Shown: positions 17,699 to 26,145, numbered from the stretch's first letter. The stretch: DNA of 59,437 nt from Minisyncoccia bacterium (GCA_038207395.1 JBBQZW010000002.1:135752-195188); one strand, 5' to 3'. Program-made: numbers and translations. The notes: generated from the sequence alone by a model not told the origin.

Positions 17699-17716
17699 TC
17701 CTTATATTTTAGTACT

Positions 17717-18250
17717 ATGTCCCGTCTTGCAAAGAAACCAATTCCCGTATCATCAAAAGTCAGCATTGAAAGTGCTGGAGGTATGCTTACGGTAAAAGGT
17801 CCTAAGGAAACGCTTACAAAAAGCATCCACTCTTCAGTCTCAATCAACGTTACTCCAGAAGGGGTTATGGTAACTCCTGCTGATAGCTCACGCCTCGGTC
17901 GTGCACTTGTTGGGACATATGCCGCACACGTTCGCGCAATGCTTTCAGGTGTTGAAACTCCCTGGAAGAAAGTTCTTCAGCTAAACGGAGTTGGATACAA
18001 AGTAGAGGTTCGTGGTACTGACATTGTTCTTACGGTTGGTTTCTCCCACCCCGTTATCCTTGCTATCCCTGAAGACATTACGGTAACGGTTCTCAAGAAC
18101 ACCATTACTATCGAAGGAGCTGACAAACAGCGTGTCGGACAGTTTGCTGCAGAAGTCCGTGACATCAAGCGCCCTGAACCATACCTCGGAAAGGGTATTA
18201 AGTATGACACTGAAGTTATCCGCCGTAAGCAGGGTAAGAAGGCCGTATAG
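17717..18250 (+). CDS. rplF: 50S ribosomal protein uL6
   Basis: [15 protein letters not shown]...L.GVGYK.....D..L.VGFSHPV...PEPY.GKGI.Y. Confidence 0.96.
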   Translation: MSRLAKKPIPVSSKVSIESAGGMLTVKGPKETLTKSIHSSVSINVTPEGVMVTPADSSRLGRALVGTYAAHVRAMLSGVETPWKKVLQLNGVGYKVEVRGTDIVLTVGFSHPVILAIPEDITVTVLKNTITIEGADKQRVGQFAAEVRDIKRPEPYLGKGIKYDTEVIRRKQGKKAV

Positions 18251-18267
18251 GTCTCACGAAATATATT

Positions 18268-18618
18268 ATGACTAAAATCCTACCTTCAAAGAACGACAAG
18301 CGTATTATTCGCCACAAGCGTATTCGTTCTACGGTTATCGGTACGGCCGCTCGTCCTCGTCTTGCGGTATATCGTTCAAACCGCTTTGTATCAGCTCAGC
18401 TTATTGATGACGACAAGGGTCACACTATTGCTTCTGCACACGGCCGTGAATTCAAAGGAGCTCAGTCTGCACAGGCTGCCGCTGTTGGAAAGGTGATCGC
18501 AGAGCGTGCAAAAGCTGCTGGAGTTACTGCGGTCGTATTTGATCGTGGCGGATACTCATATGCTGCTCAGATTCGTGGTCTTGCTGATGCTGCACGCGAA
18601 GGAGGGCTCGCATTTTAA
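18268..18618 (+). CDS. rplR: 50S ribosomal protein uL18
   Basis: 116 aa, ...[19 protein letters not shown]......VFDRGGY.Y.....[11 protein letters not shown]. Confidence 0.96.
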   Translation: MTKILPSKNDKRIIRHKRIRSTVIGTAARPRLAVYRSNRFVSAQLIDDDKGHTIASAHGREFKGAQSAQAAAVGKVIAERAKAAGVTAVVFDRGGYSYAAQIRGLADAAREGGLAF

Positions 18619-18632
18619 TACCTTACTTATTT

Positions 18633-19274
18633 ATGACTGACACCGTACTCAACCCCGAGACCGAAGTAGAAGCAGTTCCTGCTGGTGAAACCGTTCCCGC
18701 ACCTGTGGAAACTCCTACCGCTTCTGCTGAAGTACCAGCATCTGCTGCACCTACACGCGATGCTGCTCGTGGTGGACGTGGTGATGGTCGCCGTCCTGGC
18801 GGACGTCCTCAGCGTTCGCGCGAACGTGCTCCTCGTGAGCGTAGTGAATTCGACCAGGTAACGCTCGACGTACGTCGTGTGGCTCGTGTTATGGCCGGAG
18901 GTCGTCGTTTCTCATTCAGCGTTACGGTTGTTATTGGTGATAAGAAGGGACGTGTTGGTGTTGGTCTTGGAAAAGGAGCTGATACGGCACTTGCTATTGA
19001 TAAGGCAGTTCGTGCTGCAAAGAAGAATCTCATCACTGTTCCCCTTACGAGCAACCGCTCAATCGAGCATAATGTTTCTGCGAAGTACTCATCATCAACC
19101 GTTGAAATCATTCCTTCACCAGGCCGTGGACTCGTTGCTGGTTCAGCAATGCGTACGATCCTCGAATACGCTGGTGTGACAGACATCATTGCAAAGATCC
19201 AGACTCGTTCAAAGAACAAGCTTACGATCGCTCGCGCTACGGTTGAGGCACTTAAGTCACTTCAGACTCGCTAA
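18633..19274 (+). CDS. rpsE: 30S ribosomal protein uS5 with a ~60-aa Ala/Pro/Arg-rich N-terminal extension
   Basis: 213 aa. Core ...V.RVARVMAGGRRFSF...V.GD..GRVG.G.GKG... follows MTDTVLNPETEVEAVPAGETVPAPVETPTASAEVPASAAPTRDAARGGRGDGRRPGG. Confidence 0.95.
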   Translation: MTDTVLNPETEVEAVPAGETVPAPVETPTASAEVPASAAPTRDAARGGRGDGRRPGGRPQRSRERAPRERSEFDQVTLDVRRVARVMAGGRRFSFSVTVVIGDKKGRVGVGLGKGADTALAIDKAVRAAKKNLITVPLTSNRSIEHNVSAKYSSSTVEIIPSPGRGLVAGSAMRTILEYAGVTDIIAKIQTRSKNKLTIARATVEALKSLQTR

Positions 19275-19297
19275 GTTCTCGTTTAATTTCTATTGGT

Positions 19298-19759
19298 ATG
19301 CAAACAAACAACCTTAAAGCAGCAACACCCCGCATCACGAGCGCTCGCGTCGGACGAGGAAGTACCCGTGGTAAGAACTCTGGCCGTGGTAATAAGGGTC
19401 AGAACTCTCGTGCTGGTCACAAGAACCGCCCAGAAATGCGTGACCTTCTTAAGAAAATTCCAAAACGTCGTGGTTTTGGTAAGAACCGTTCACGCACCGT
19501 GAAGCCACAGGTTATCTACACTCCGGTAAATCTTACAAAACTAGAAGGAGCATTTACTGCAGGAGATGTGGTAAATCCAGTAGCACTCATGCAGAAAGGA
19601 CTCGTCCGTTCGCGTGGAGGCTTTATCATTCCTGTAAAGATTCTTGGAACAGGAACAATCACCAAGGCACTTACGATTCAGGACTGTGAATTCTCAGAAA
19701 CTGCTAAGGCAGCCGTTGAAGCCGCAGGCGGATCGTTTGGAACAAGTCGCACAAAATAA
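19298..19759 (+). CDS. rplO: 50S ribosomal protein uL15
   Basis: 153 aa, MQTNNLKA...GRG..RGKNSGRG.KGQ..R.G... It starts 23 nt after rpsE, so there is no room for rpmD. Confidence 0.95.
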   Translation: MQTNNLKAATPRITSARVGRGSTRGKNSGRGNKGQNSRAGHKNRPEMRDLLKKIPKRRGFGKNRSRTVKPQVIYTPVNLTKLEGAFTAGDVVNPVALMQKGLVRSRGGFIIPVKILGTGTITKALTIQDCEFSETAKAAVEAAGGSFGTSRTK

Positions 19760-19761
19760 CT

Positions 19762-21030
19762 ATGCTTACAAATTTCTTTCACAAAGCCGGGATCATACTA
19801 AGCGATCGCGTCTTGCGAAAGCGTATTCTCTTTATCGTACTCGCAATCGTACTTTTCCGTTTCCTATCAGCTATTCCGGTACCGGGTGTTAATCGTGCAG
19901 CGCTCGAGCAATTCTTCGGTGCTAACGCATACCTAGGACTCCTTTCCGTATTCTCAGGAGGGGGACTCGGCACGATATCTATCGTACTTCTTGGGGTAAC
20001 GCCGTACATCACCAGCTCAATTATCATGCAGTTGGCGACCGTACTGTTCCCAAGCATTAAGGAGATGTATCAGGAAGAGGGAGAGGTGGGGCGTGCACGT
20101 TTTATTGCGATATCACGGTACATAACAATTCCCATTGCCTTTCTTCAGGCCTTTGCATTTATTTCACTTCTTCAGCGAGAAAACATTCTTCTCCCACTCT
20201 CTAGTCTTCAATTCATAACTGATGTGCTTTTGGTTGCCGCAGGCTCAATCTTCCTTATGTGGATCGGTGAGCTCATGACGGAATTTGGTATTGGTAACGG
20301 AGTATCACTTATCATTTTTGCCGGTATCGTCGCCCATCTTCCATCGGGAATTGCACAAGCACTCTTTACGGCCACAAGCGCAAATATTCCTGCATATGTT
20401 GGATTTGTTCTTCTTGCTATAGCTGTAGTGTACGCAGTAGTCGTGGTTGCAGACGCTGAGCGCTCTATTCCTATCGCGTATGCACGTCAGGTACGCGCTG
20501 GATCAGCAGGGGCTCCCACCTACCTCCCAATTCGCCTTCTTCAGGCGGGAGTAATTCCAATCATCTTTGCGCTTTCACTTCTTCTTTTGCCACAACTTCT
20601 AATCGGAGCACTTGTAGCGCTTAAGATTTCTTTTGCAGCCGGATGGCAGCTTGGATATCAAGCTTTCTCGAACAGTGTATGGCTCTACAGCGGTGCGTAC
20701 TTCGCACTGGTGGTTATGTTCACGTATTTCTATACTGCCATTACCTTCGAACCACATCGTATTGCAGAGAATCTTCAGAAGTCAGGGGCATTTATTCCCG
20801 GCGTTCGTCCAGGTAGCGAAACAGAGAACTATATCTCAAAGGTAGTGAATCGCATTACGCTCCCCGGTGCTCTCTTCCTCGGTCTTGTCGCCGTTATTCC
20901 GTTTGTTATCAAGGCGCTTACTGGTATTACCGCCATCCTTATTGGTGGTACTGCGCTCCTTATTGCGGTTCAGGTACTTTTGGATCTCATCCGCAAAGTC
21001 GACGCGCAGGTTTCACTCCGCGAATACTAG
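19762..21030 (+). CDS. secY: preprotein translocase subunit SecY
   Basis: 422 aa polytopic protein, ...GV.PYITSSIIMQL......MWIGE.MTE.GIGNG.SLIIF.GI... Confidence 0.97.
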   Translation: MLTNFFHKAGIILSDRVLRKRILFIVLAIVLFRFLSAIPVPGVNRAALEQFFGANAYLGLLSVFSGGGLGTISIVLLGVTPYITSSIIMQLATVLFPSIKEMYQEEGEVGRARFIAISRYITIPIAFLQAFAFISLLQRENILLPLSSLQFITDVLLVAAGSIFLMWIGELMTEFGIGNGVSLIIFAGIVAHLPSGIAQALFTATSANIPAYVGFVLLAIAVVYAVVVVADAERSIPIAYARQVRAGSAGAPTYLPIRLLQAGVIPIIFALSLLLLPQLLIGALVALKISFAAGWQLGYQAFSNSVWLYSGAYFALVVMFTYFYTAITFEPHRIAENLQKSGAFIPGVRPGSETENYISKVVNRITLPGALFLGLVAVIPFVIKALTGITAILIGGTALLIAVQVLLDLIRKVDAQVSLREY

Positions 21031-21058
21031 AAAAAAGCCGCCGCAAGGCGGCTTTTTT
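21031..21058 (+). terminator. intrinsic terminator after secY
   Basis: AAAAAAGCCGCC-gcaa-GGCGGCTTTTTT. Confidence 0.8.
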
Positions 21059-21085
21059 CTACCATCCCTCCACACCCTAACTACC

Positions 21086-21694
21086 ATGACTAGTACGCTA
21101 CCATCTGAACATATGTCGTATTCTGGGAAATTGGTATTAGTGGTTGGTACGTCAGGAAGTGGCAAAGGGGTTCTTTTAAAGCGCGCAAAAGAACTGCATT
21201 CTGAGATTGTGTTTCCCGTCTCTTGCACAACGCGTGCTGTGCGTCCAGGTGAGACAGAGGGAGAAACCTACTACTTCGTGACTAAAGAGGAGTTTGATCA
21301 CAAAATTTCCGAAGGAGAATTTCTTGAGTGGGCAGAATATGGAGGTAATAAATACGGTACGCTGAAATCTGAAATTATACCGGGCCTTGAAGAAGGGAAG
21401 CTTGTTCTGCGTGAAGTAGAGGTTCAAGGAGCTCGTCATATACGTGAATGTATCCCTGTAGAAAACCTCACCATTGTGTATATATACGCTGGACCTTGGC
21501 CGGACTTAGAACGACGTATCCGCGAGCGTGCACCAATTTCAGATGAAGAACTTGAGGCGCGTAAACTTCGGTATGAGGACGAGCAGTCATTTAAGTCTGA
21601 AGCGACGTTCGTTGTGGAAAATCCTGACGGAAAATTCAAAGAAGCTGATGAGGCATTTGAAGAGATTATCAGTTCGCTACTTCCAAGTGCGTAA
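21086..21694 (+). CDS. gmk: guanylate kinase
   Basis: ATG 21086. The track ORF from 20867 overlaps secY and the terminator. GTSGSGKG...VSCTTRAVRPGETEGETYYFV...EWAEYGGNKYGT. Confidence 0.9.
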   Translation: MTSTLPSEHMSYSGKLVLVVGTSGSGKGVLLKRAKELHSEIVFPVSCTTRAVRPGETEGETYYFVTKEEFDHKISEGEFLEWAEYGGNKYGTLKSEIIPGLEEGKLVLREVEVQGARHIRECIPVENLTIVYIYAGPWPDLERRIRERAPISDEELEARKLRYEDEQSFKSEATFVVENPDGKFKEADEAFEEIISSLLPSA

Positions 21695-21721
21695 GCATCT
21701 CTTTATTGATAGGATGGTGAT

Positions 21722-22297
21722 ATGGAACGCGTAAATACTATACTCCTCATTGGTCGCCCAGGTTCAGGAAAGGGTACCCAGGCAAAACTTCTTTCAGAAC
21801 GCCTCGCATGGATTTGCCTCTCATCAGGAGATCGCATCAAACAGATTAGAGACGGAAATGAGCCGTTTTCAGCACGGGTGCGCGCAGTATATGACAAAGG
21901 AACTCTTTTGCCAGACTGGCTTGCAGATTATCTACTCGAAAGCGGCCTTCTCGACCTGGAGCCGTATGTGGGTGTTATCACGGAAGGGTTTGCACGAACC
22001 AAACAGCAGGCAGAGCATTTTGCAGACATAATTGAGTGGATAGGACGAAATTTAATGGTAATTAACCTCGAAGTTTCCGAGGAAGAAGTTACGCGTCGTA
22101 TGATTTCACGAAGTGAAACCCAGGATCGTCCAGACAGTAATAACGAAGACAAGATTAAAGCACGCCTCTCACAGTTTTCGGTAGATACTCTACCAGCGCT
22201 TGAATACTTACGCTCACTCGGCGTGGTAAAAGATGTGAACGGTGAACAGTCTCCAGCACAGATTGCAGAAGATATTGAAAAACTTTTAGACGTATGA
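21722..22297 (+). CDS. adk: adenylate kinase (short-lid form)
   Basis: ILLIGRPGSGKGTQAKLLSERL....LSSGD..., 191 aa. Confidence 0.93.
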   Translation: MERVNTILLIGRPGSGKGTQAKLLSERLAWICLSSGDRIKQIRDGNEPFSARVRAVYDKGTLLPDWLADYLLESGLLDLEPYVGVITEGFARTKQQAEHFADIIEWIGRNLMVINLEVSEEEVTRRMISRSETQDRPDSNNEDKIKARLSQFSVDTLPALEYLRSLGVVKDVNGEQSPAQIAEDIEKLLDV

Positions 22298-23064
22298 TTA
22301 TCCGTACCGCCGAAGAGCGAGCAGATCTTATAGAAGCAGGGAAGCGATTAGGCGTTATTCTTGAGACACTTTCTCTTCAAGTTCGTCCCGGCATCACTAC
22401 CGCAGCACTCAATGAGTCTGCTGAAAAAATGATTGTAGACGGAGGAGATTACCCTTCGTTTAAGAACTACAAGCCAGAAGGAGCAACATATCCGTATCCT
22501 GCCGGACTTTGTATTTCCGTGAATGATGAGGTGGTGCACGGTATTCCAGGAGAACGCATACTCAAAGAAGGCGACATTGTTACCCTCGACCTTGGGCTTA
22601 CCCATAACGGCATTATTGTGGACTCAGCACTTACGGTACCTGTGGGAAAAACTGAATCTTCCTCGTATGCACTTATGGATGCAACACGGGACGCGCTTGA
22701 AGCTGCTATATTTGCAGCTCGACCAGGAAACCATATTGGTGACATTTCATACACGACAGAACAAGCCTTCAAAGGAACTGGATTTTCAGTAGTAAAAATA
22801 CTTGGCGGGCATGGGGTGGGGCGTGCCGTTCACGAAGAGCCTTTTATCTCAAACGTTGGGTACGCAGGTACCGGACCTGAGATTGAAGTTGGGATGGTGC
22901 TTGCTCTTGAGCCTATAGCAAACGCTGGGAAGGGGCATGTTGATCTACTTGAGGATGATTACACGTTTATTACCCGCGATGGCTCAAAGAGTGCTCACTT
23001 TGAGCATACTATTCTGGTAGAGAAGGATCAGACGCTTGTTGTGACGCGTCGCCCAAACGAGTAG
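22294..23064 (+). CDS. map: type I methionine aminopeptidase
   Basis: 256 aa, ...VHGIPG.R.LKEGDIV.LD.G....G...D.A.T..VG.....H..GH.IGR..HE.P... Confidence 0.95.
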   Translation: MIIRTAEERADLIEAGKRLGVILETLSLQVRPGITTAALNESAEKMIVDGGDYPSFKNYKPEGATYPYPAGLCISVNDEVVHGIPGERILKEGDIVTLDLGLTHNGIIVDSALTVPVGKTESSSYALMDATRDALEAAIFAARPGNHIGDISYTTEQAFKGTGFSVVKILGGHGVGRAVHEEPFISNVGYAGTGPEIEVGMVLALEPIANAGKGHVDLLEDDYTFITRDGSKSAHFEHTILVEKDQTLVVTRRPNE

Positions 23065-23135
23065 TTTTTGCTATAGTGCTAGTAATCGCTTCACGGCGCT
23101 TTTTACTTTCAACCCATTTCTTAACCCTGTATTGT

Positions 23136-23744
23136 ATGGCAATTCCACACCCTAAAACCGAGCGTTCATTCGTTATCGTGAAGCCAGACGGCGTCCAGCG
23201 CAGCCTTGTTGGTGAGATTCTTTCTCGCTTTGAACGCACGGGCCTTAAGCTCGTTTCTATTAAAATGATGGTTCTTGATTCAGATCGTATTTGGAAGCAC
23301 TACGACAAAGATGATGAATGGTTCCTTAAGAAGGGAACTAAGATTGCTGCAGACCGTGCTGCCGCAGGACTTTCTGCCGAAAAGGATCCTATCGAATACG
23401 GAAAGGATATTATTCGCGCCCTCGACAAATATATGACGAGCGGCCCTGTGGTGGTTATGGTTTGGGAAGGGAATAGCGCAGTTGCGGTCGTGACGAAGCT
23501 CGTGGGAGAAACGTCACCAGCATCTTCTGATGTAGGCACTATCCGTGGTGACCTCACTATCGACTCATACGAAATATCAGCTATTGATGACCGTGCCGTT
23601 CGTAACCTCATTCACTGTTCAGATACTCCAGAGAACGCAGAGAAAGAGATTGCCATGTGGCTTTCAGAAGATGAGGTCATGAAGTATCGCCTCCTCAACG
23701 AAGCGATTCTCTACGATGTGAACCTTGATGGGATCATGGAGTAG
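23136..23744 (+). CDS. ndk: nucleoside-diphosphate kinase, long form with internal insertions
   Basis: ATG 23136 gives MAIPHPKTERSFVIVKPDGVQRSLVGEILSRFERTGLKLV...VRNLIHCSDTPENAEKEIAMWL, 202 aa. Confidence 0.9.
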   Translation: MAIPHPKTERSFVIVKPDGVQRSLVGEILSRFERTGLKLVSIKMMVLDSDRIWKHYDKDDEWFLKKGTKIAADRAAAGLSAEKDPIEYGKDIIRALDKYMTSGPVVVMVWEGNSAVAVVTKLVGETSPASSDVGTIRGDLTIDSYEISAIDDRAVRNLIHCSDTPENAEKEIAMWLSEDEVMKYRLLNEAILYDVNLDGIME

Positions 23745-23782
23745 TATCGTGCCAGAAGGACATTTCTTATGTGCGAAGGCGG

Positions 23783-23811
23783 TTACGTCTAATCAAATAA
23801 TGTCGTATACT
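23783..23811 (+). promoter_or_regulatory. candidate promoter inside the ndk-downstream non-coding region
   Basis: TTACGT, 17-nt spacer, TATACT. Confidence 0.3.
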
Positions 23812-23954
23812 CTCCCAGGGCCATCCCAAAAAGCGACTTGCTAATATCTCGGGAGCCTTATATCTCGCGAATCTGGTGAAGACCTCGGTTTTCTAAGGGC
23901 GCGTGATGCGGGCACCCACGTGGCACAAAAAGTTGCCACATAGGGGTGGTTCCT
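23812..23954 (+). promoter_or_regulatory. unassigned structured leader or small RNA candidate
   Basis: No credible ORF. Contains a hairpin GTGGCA-8 nt-TGCCAC (23920-23939) and AGGGGTGGTTCC (23942-23953) immediately 5' of a 15-bp terminator. Confidence 0.25.
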
Positions 23955-23987
23955 CGACAAAAGCCGGCCTTTGGCCGGCTTTTGTCG
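23955..23987 (+). terminator. strong intrinsic terminator (15-bp stem) 55 nt upstream of the next gene
   Basis: CGACAAAAGCCGGCC-ttt-GGCCGGCTTTTGTCG. Confidence 0.75.
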
Positions 23988-24041
23988 TTACAGCACCTTT
24001 CCTAGTTCATCGCAAAGGCCGGCGTATGCTACCCTTAGTCT

Positions 24042-24398
24042 ATGAACCGAAAGCCACTTTTCATTGCACTCATACTCACCGCCTTACTCCTCGCGCTTCA
24101 TCTCTATGCGCTTGAAACCTATTTCTACTGGCAACATCGCTGGTTTGATATTCCGATGCATATTCTTGCAGGTGCTTCTATTGGATCTTTTCTTTTAGCC
24201 TTTTTCAGCGTACGCCGCGCCGGGCTGTATTTTATTCTCATGCTCGGAGTGGGGGTGGGGTGGGAGGTGTTTGAGAATATTAATCACATATCAACGGGTC
24301 AGCCCGGGTACTGGTTTGATACAACCAAGGACATAATTAACGATATGATAGGGGCAAGTATTACTTTCTATGTAGCTAAGCGATCATTATGGCGTTAA
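24042..24398 (+). CDS. small polytopic membrane protein (hypothetical)
   Basis: 118 aa with 3-4 hydrophobic segments. No family recognised. Confidence 0.6.
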   Translation: MNRKPLFIALILTALLLALHLYALETYFYWQHRWFDIPMHILAGASIGSFLLAFFSVRRAGLYFILMLGVGVGWEVFENINHISTGQPGYWFDTTKDIINDMIGASITFYVAKRSLWR

Positions 24399-25789
24399 AA
24401 CTTACTTTTTACGGCGGTGCAGAAACAGTTACGGGCTCAAATTTCATGGTAGAGGGAGAGAAGGGAAAGCTTTTGGTGGATTGCGGTATTGAGCAGGGAA
24501 GAGATTTTTGTCAGAGCGAAATGTATGCACCGTTTCCGTATGATGTTGCTAGTTTAGATGCGCTTATTGTTACGCATGCGCACCTTGATCATGTCGGGCG
24601 TATTCCAAAGCTCATGAAAGAAGGGTTCAAAGGAAAGATTTATATGACGGCTCCGACCAAAGACCTGGCACAGCTCATTATGGAGGATTCAGCGCGTATT
24701 ATGGCTGGCGACGCACGCGAAAAGGGACTCCCTCTTCTCTACAATGAACGAGATGTTGCAGCGGCAATGGCGCATATTGAGACAGTAGACTTCCACACAG
24801 AATGGGAAGCAGCTCCCGGCTTGTCCTGCTATCTTCGTAACACCGGCCACATCCTCGGTTCAGCGAGTGTTCGTATTAAAGATATGAGTGATGGGGATGG
24901 CGTTACCCTTGCTCTTACTGGAGACATTGGAAATTCGCCCTCACCATACTTACCTGAGCCTGAAGCAGTAGACGACGCTGACGTTATGGTTATGGAAAGC
25001 GTCTATGGTGACCGCTTGCATACTCACGTGGATGAACGAGTAGACGAGCTTCTGAAGGCGCTTACGGCCGCTATAGAGCGTGGAGGAGCCATCCTTATAC
25101 CTGCATTCTCCCTGGAGCGCACGCAGCTCATGCTCTATGAGATCAGTAATCTGATGGATGAAGGTAAACTGCCTAAGATACCGGTATTTCTTGATTCACC
25201 ACTCGCCATTAAGGCCACGGATGTATATGCAAAATGGGGAACTGAATTCTTTAAGCCGGGGGTTCAGTCAGAGCTTAAGAAAGAACATGATATCTTCCGT
25301 TTCCCCATGCTTACTCAAACCCCTACGCGTGAAGAGTCAGAAAAGATACTTGAAGCACCAGACACGAAAATAATCATGGCAGGTGCAGGAATGTCCCATG
25401 GTGGACGTATTGGTCGCTGGGAACAGAAGTACCTTCCAGACCCTAAAACAACGCTCTTCATGGTCGGATACCAAGCCCCAGGCTCTCCAGGACGTATTCT
25501 TCAGGACGGGGGTAAACACGTAAAGTTGAGCGGTAACATGGTCACGGTGCGTGCACATATACAGTCATTTTCTGGCTGGTCCGCACATGCTGACCGTGAT
25601 GGGCTTATAGCATTTGCTGAACTAACCCAGCCGCGCACAAAAACTATCTTCTGCGCACTCGGCGAACCTTCATCAGCACGATTCCTTGCACAGCGTCTCC
25701 ATGGTTTCTTGGGTGTAAAAGCTATTGTTCCTGTCTATAAGCAGGTGTGGGAAATTACGAAGCAGGGAGCAAAAGAAATAACGAAATAA
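24389..25789 (+). CDS. MBL-fold beta-CASP family ribonuclease (CPSF/RNase J-like)
   Basis: 466 aa, ...ALIVTHAHLDHVGRIPKL... (HxHxDH) with a beta-CASP-like central region and a C-terminal ...SGWSAHADRDGL.... Confidence 0.85.
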   Translation: MALKLTFYGGAETVTGSNFMVEGEKGKLLVDCGIEQGRDFCQSEMYAPFPYDVASLDALIVTHAHLDHVGRIPKLMKEGFKGKIYMTAPTKDLAQLIMEDSARIMAGDAREKGLPLLYNERDVAAAMAHIETVDFHTEWEAAPGLSCYLRNTGHILGSASVRIKDMSDGDGVTLALTGDIGNSPSPYLPEPEAVDDADVMVMESVYGDRLHTHVDERVDELLKALTAAIERGGAILIPAFSLERTQLMLYEISNLMDEGKLPKIPVFLDSPLAIKATDVYAKWGTEFFKPGVQSELKKEHDIFRFPMLTQTPTREESEKILEAPDTKIIMAGAGMSHGGRIGRWEQKYLPDPKTTLFMVGYQAPGSPGRILQDGGKHVKLSGNMVTVRAHIQSFSGWSAHADRDGLIAFAELTQPRTKTIFCALGEPSSARFLAQRLHGFLGVKAIVPVYKQVWEITKQGAKEITK

Positions 25790-25801
25790 GTATTTATATA
25801 T

Positions 25802-26131
25802 ATGGCACTTGATCATTCACGCGTAACCACCGGTACTGACTTTGAAGGTCATCGTATTAGTAAGAACCTTGGGCTTGTTCGCGGTATTACCGTTCGCTCC
25901 CGTTCAATTATTGGCTCGGTTGGAGCCGGAATCCAAAGTATTTTTGGAGGTAACATCACACTTTTCGAAACATTGTGTGAAAAGGCACGCGAACAAGCGT
26001 TTGACCGAATGCTTAAACACGCAGAAGCATTAGGCGCCAATGCAGTCATTGGGATGCGTTATGACGCTACGGACTTAGGGCAGGGGATTACTGAGGTGCT
26101 TGCGTACGGTACGGCAGTAGTCGTTGAATAA
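25802..26131 (+). CDS. YbjQ/UPF0145 family protein
   Basis: 109 aa, ...[26 protein letters not shown]......C...R..A...M...[13 protein letters not shown]... Confidence 0.85.
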   Translation: MALDHSRVTTGTDFEGHRISKNLGLVRGITVRSRSIIGSVGAGIQSIFGGNITLFETLCEKAREQAFDRMLKHAEALGANAVIGMRYDATDLGQGITEVLAYGTAVVVE

Positions 26132-26145
26132 GTACGGTACGTATA

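Noticed and set aside
18809-19219. 136-aa minus-strand ORF inside rpsE. Similar antisense or off-frame ORFs lie inside fusA, tuf, rplD, ftsH (32704-33363), recG, pilB and gatA.
   Set aside because: All of them overlap highly conserved genes on the other strand or in another frame. Their compositions are Arg/Ser-rich, as expected for antisense translation of coding DNA.
20867-21085. 5' extension of the gmk ORF (track start 20867).
   Set aside because: It overlaps secY and the secY terminator. The guanylate kinase homology begins after ATG 21086.
23942-23987. Outright annotation of a T-box riboswitch.
   Set aside because: Only the T-box core-like sequence and the terminator are visible. I could not find a specifier loop, a GA/K-turn or the distal Stem I motifs, and the downstream genes are atypical. 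It is kept as a low-confidence finding instead of a feature call.
23903-24115. 70-aa plus-strand ORF spanning the terminator at 23955-23987.
   Set aside because: It runs through a 15-bp terminator hairpin and overlaps the better-supported membrane-protein ORF in another frame.
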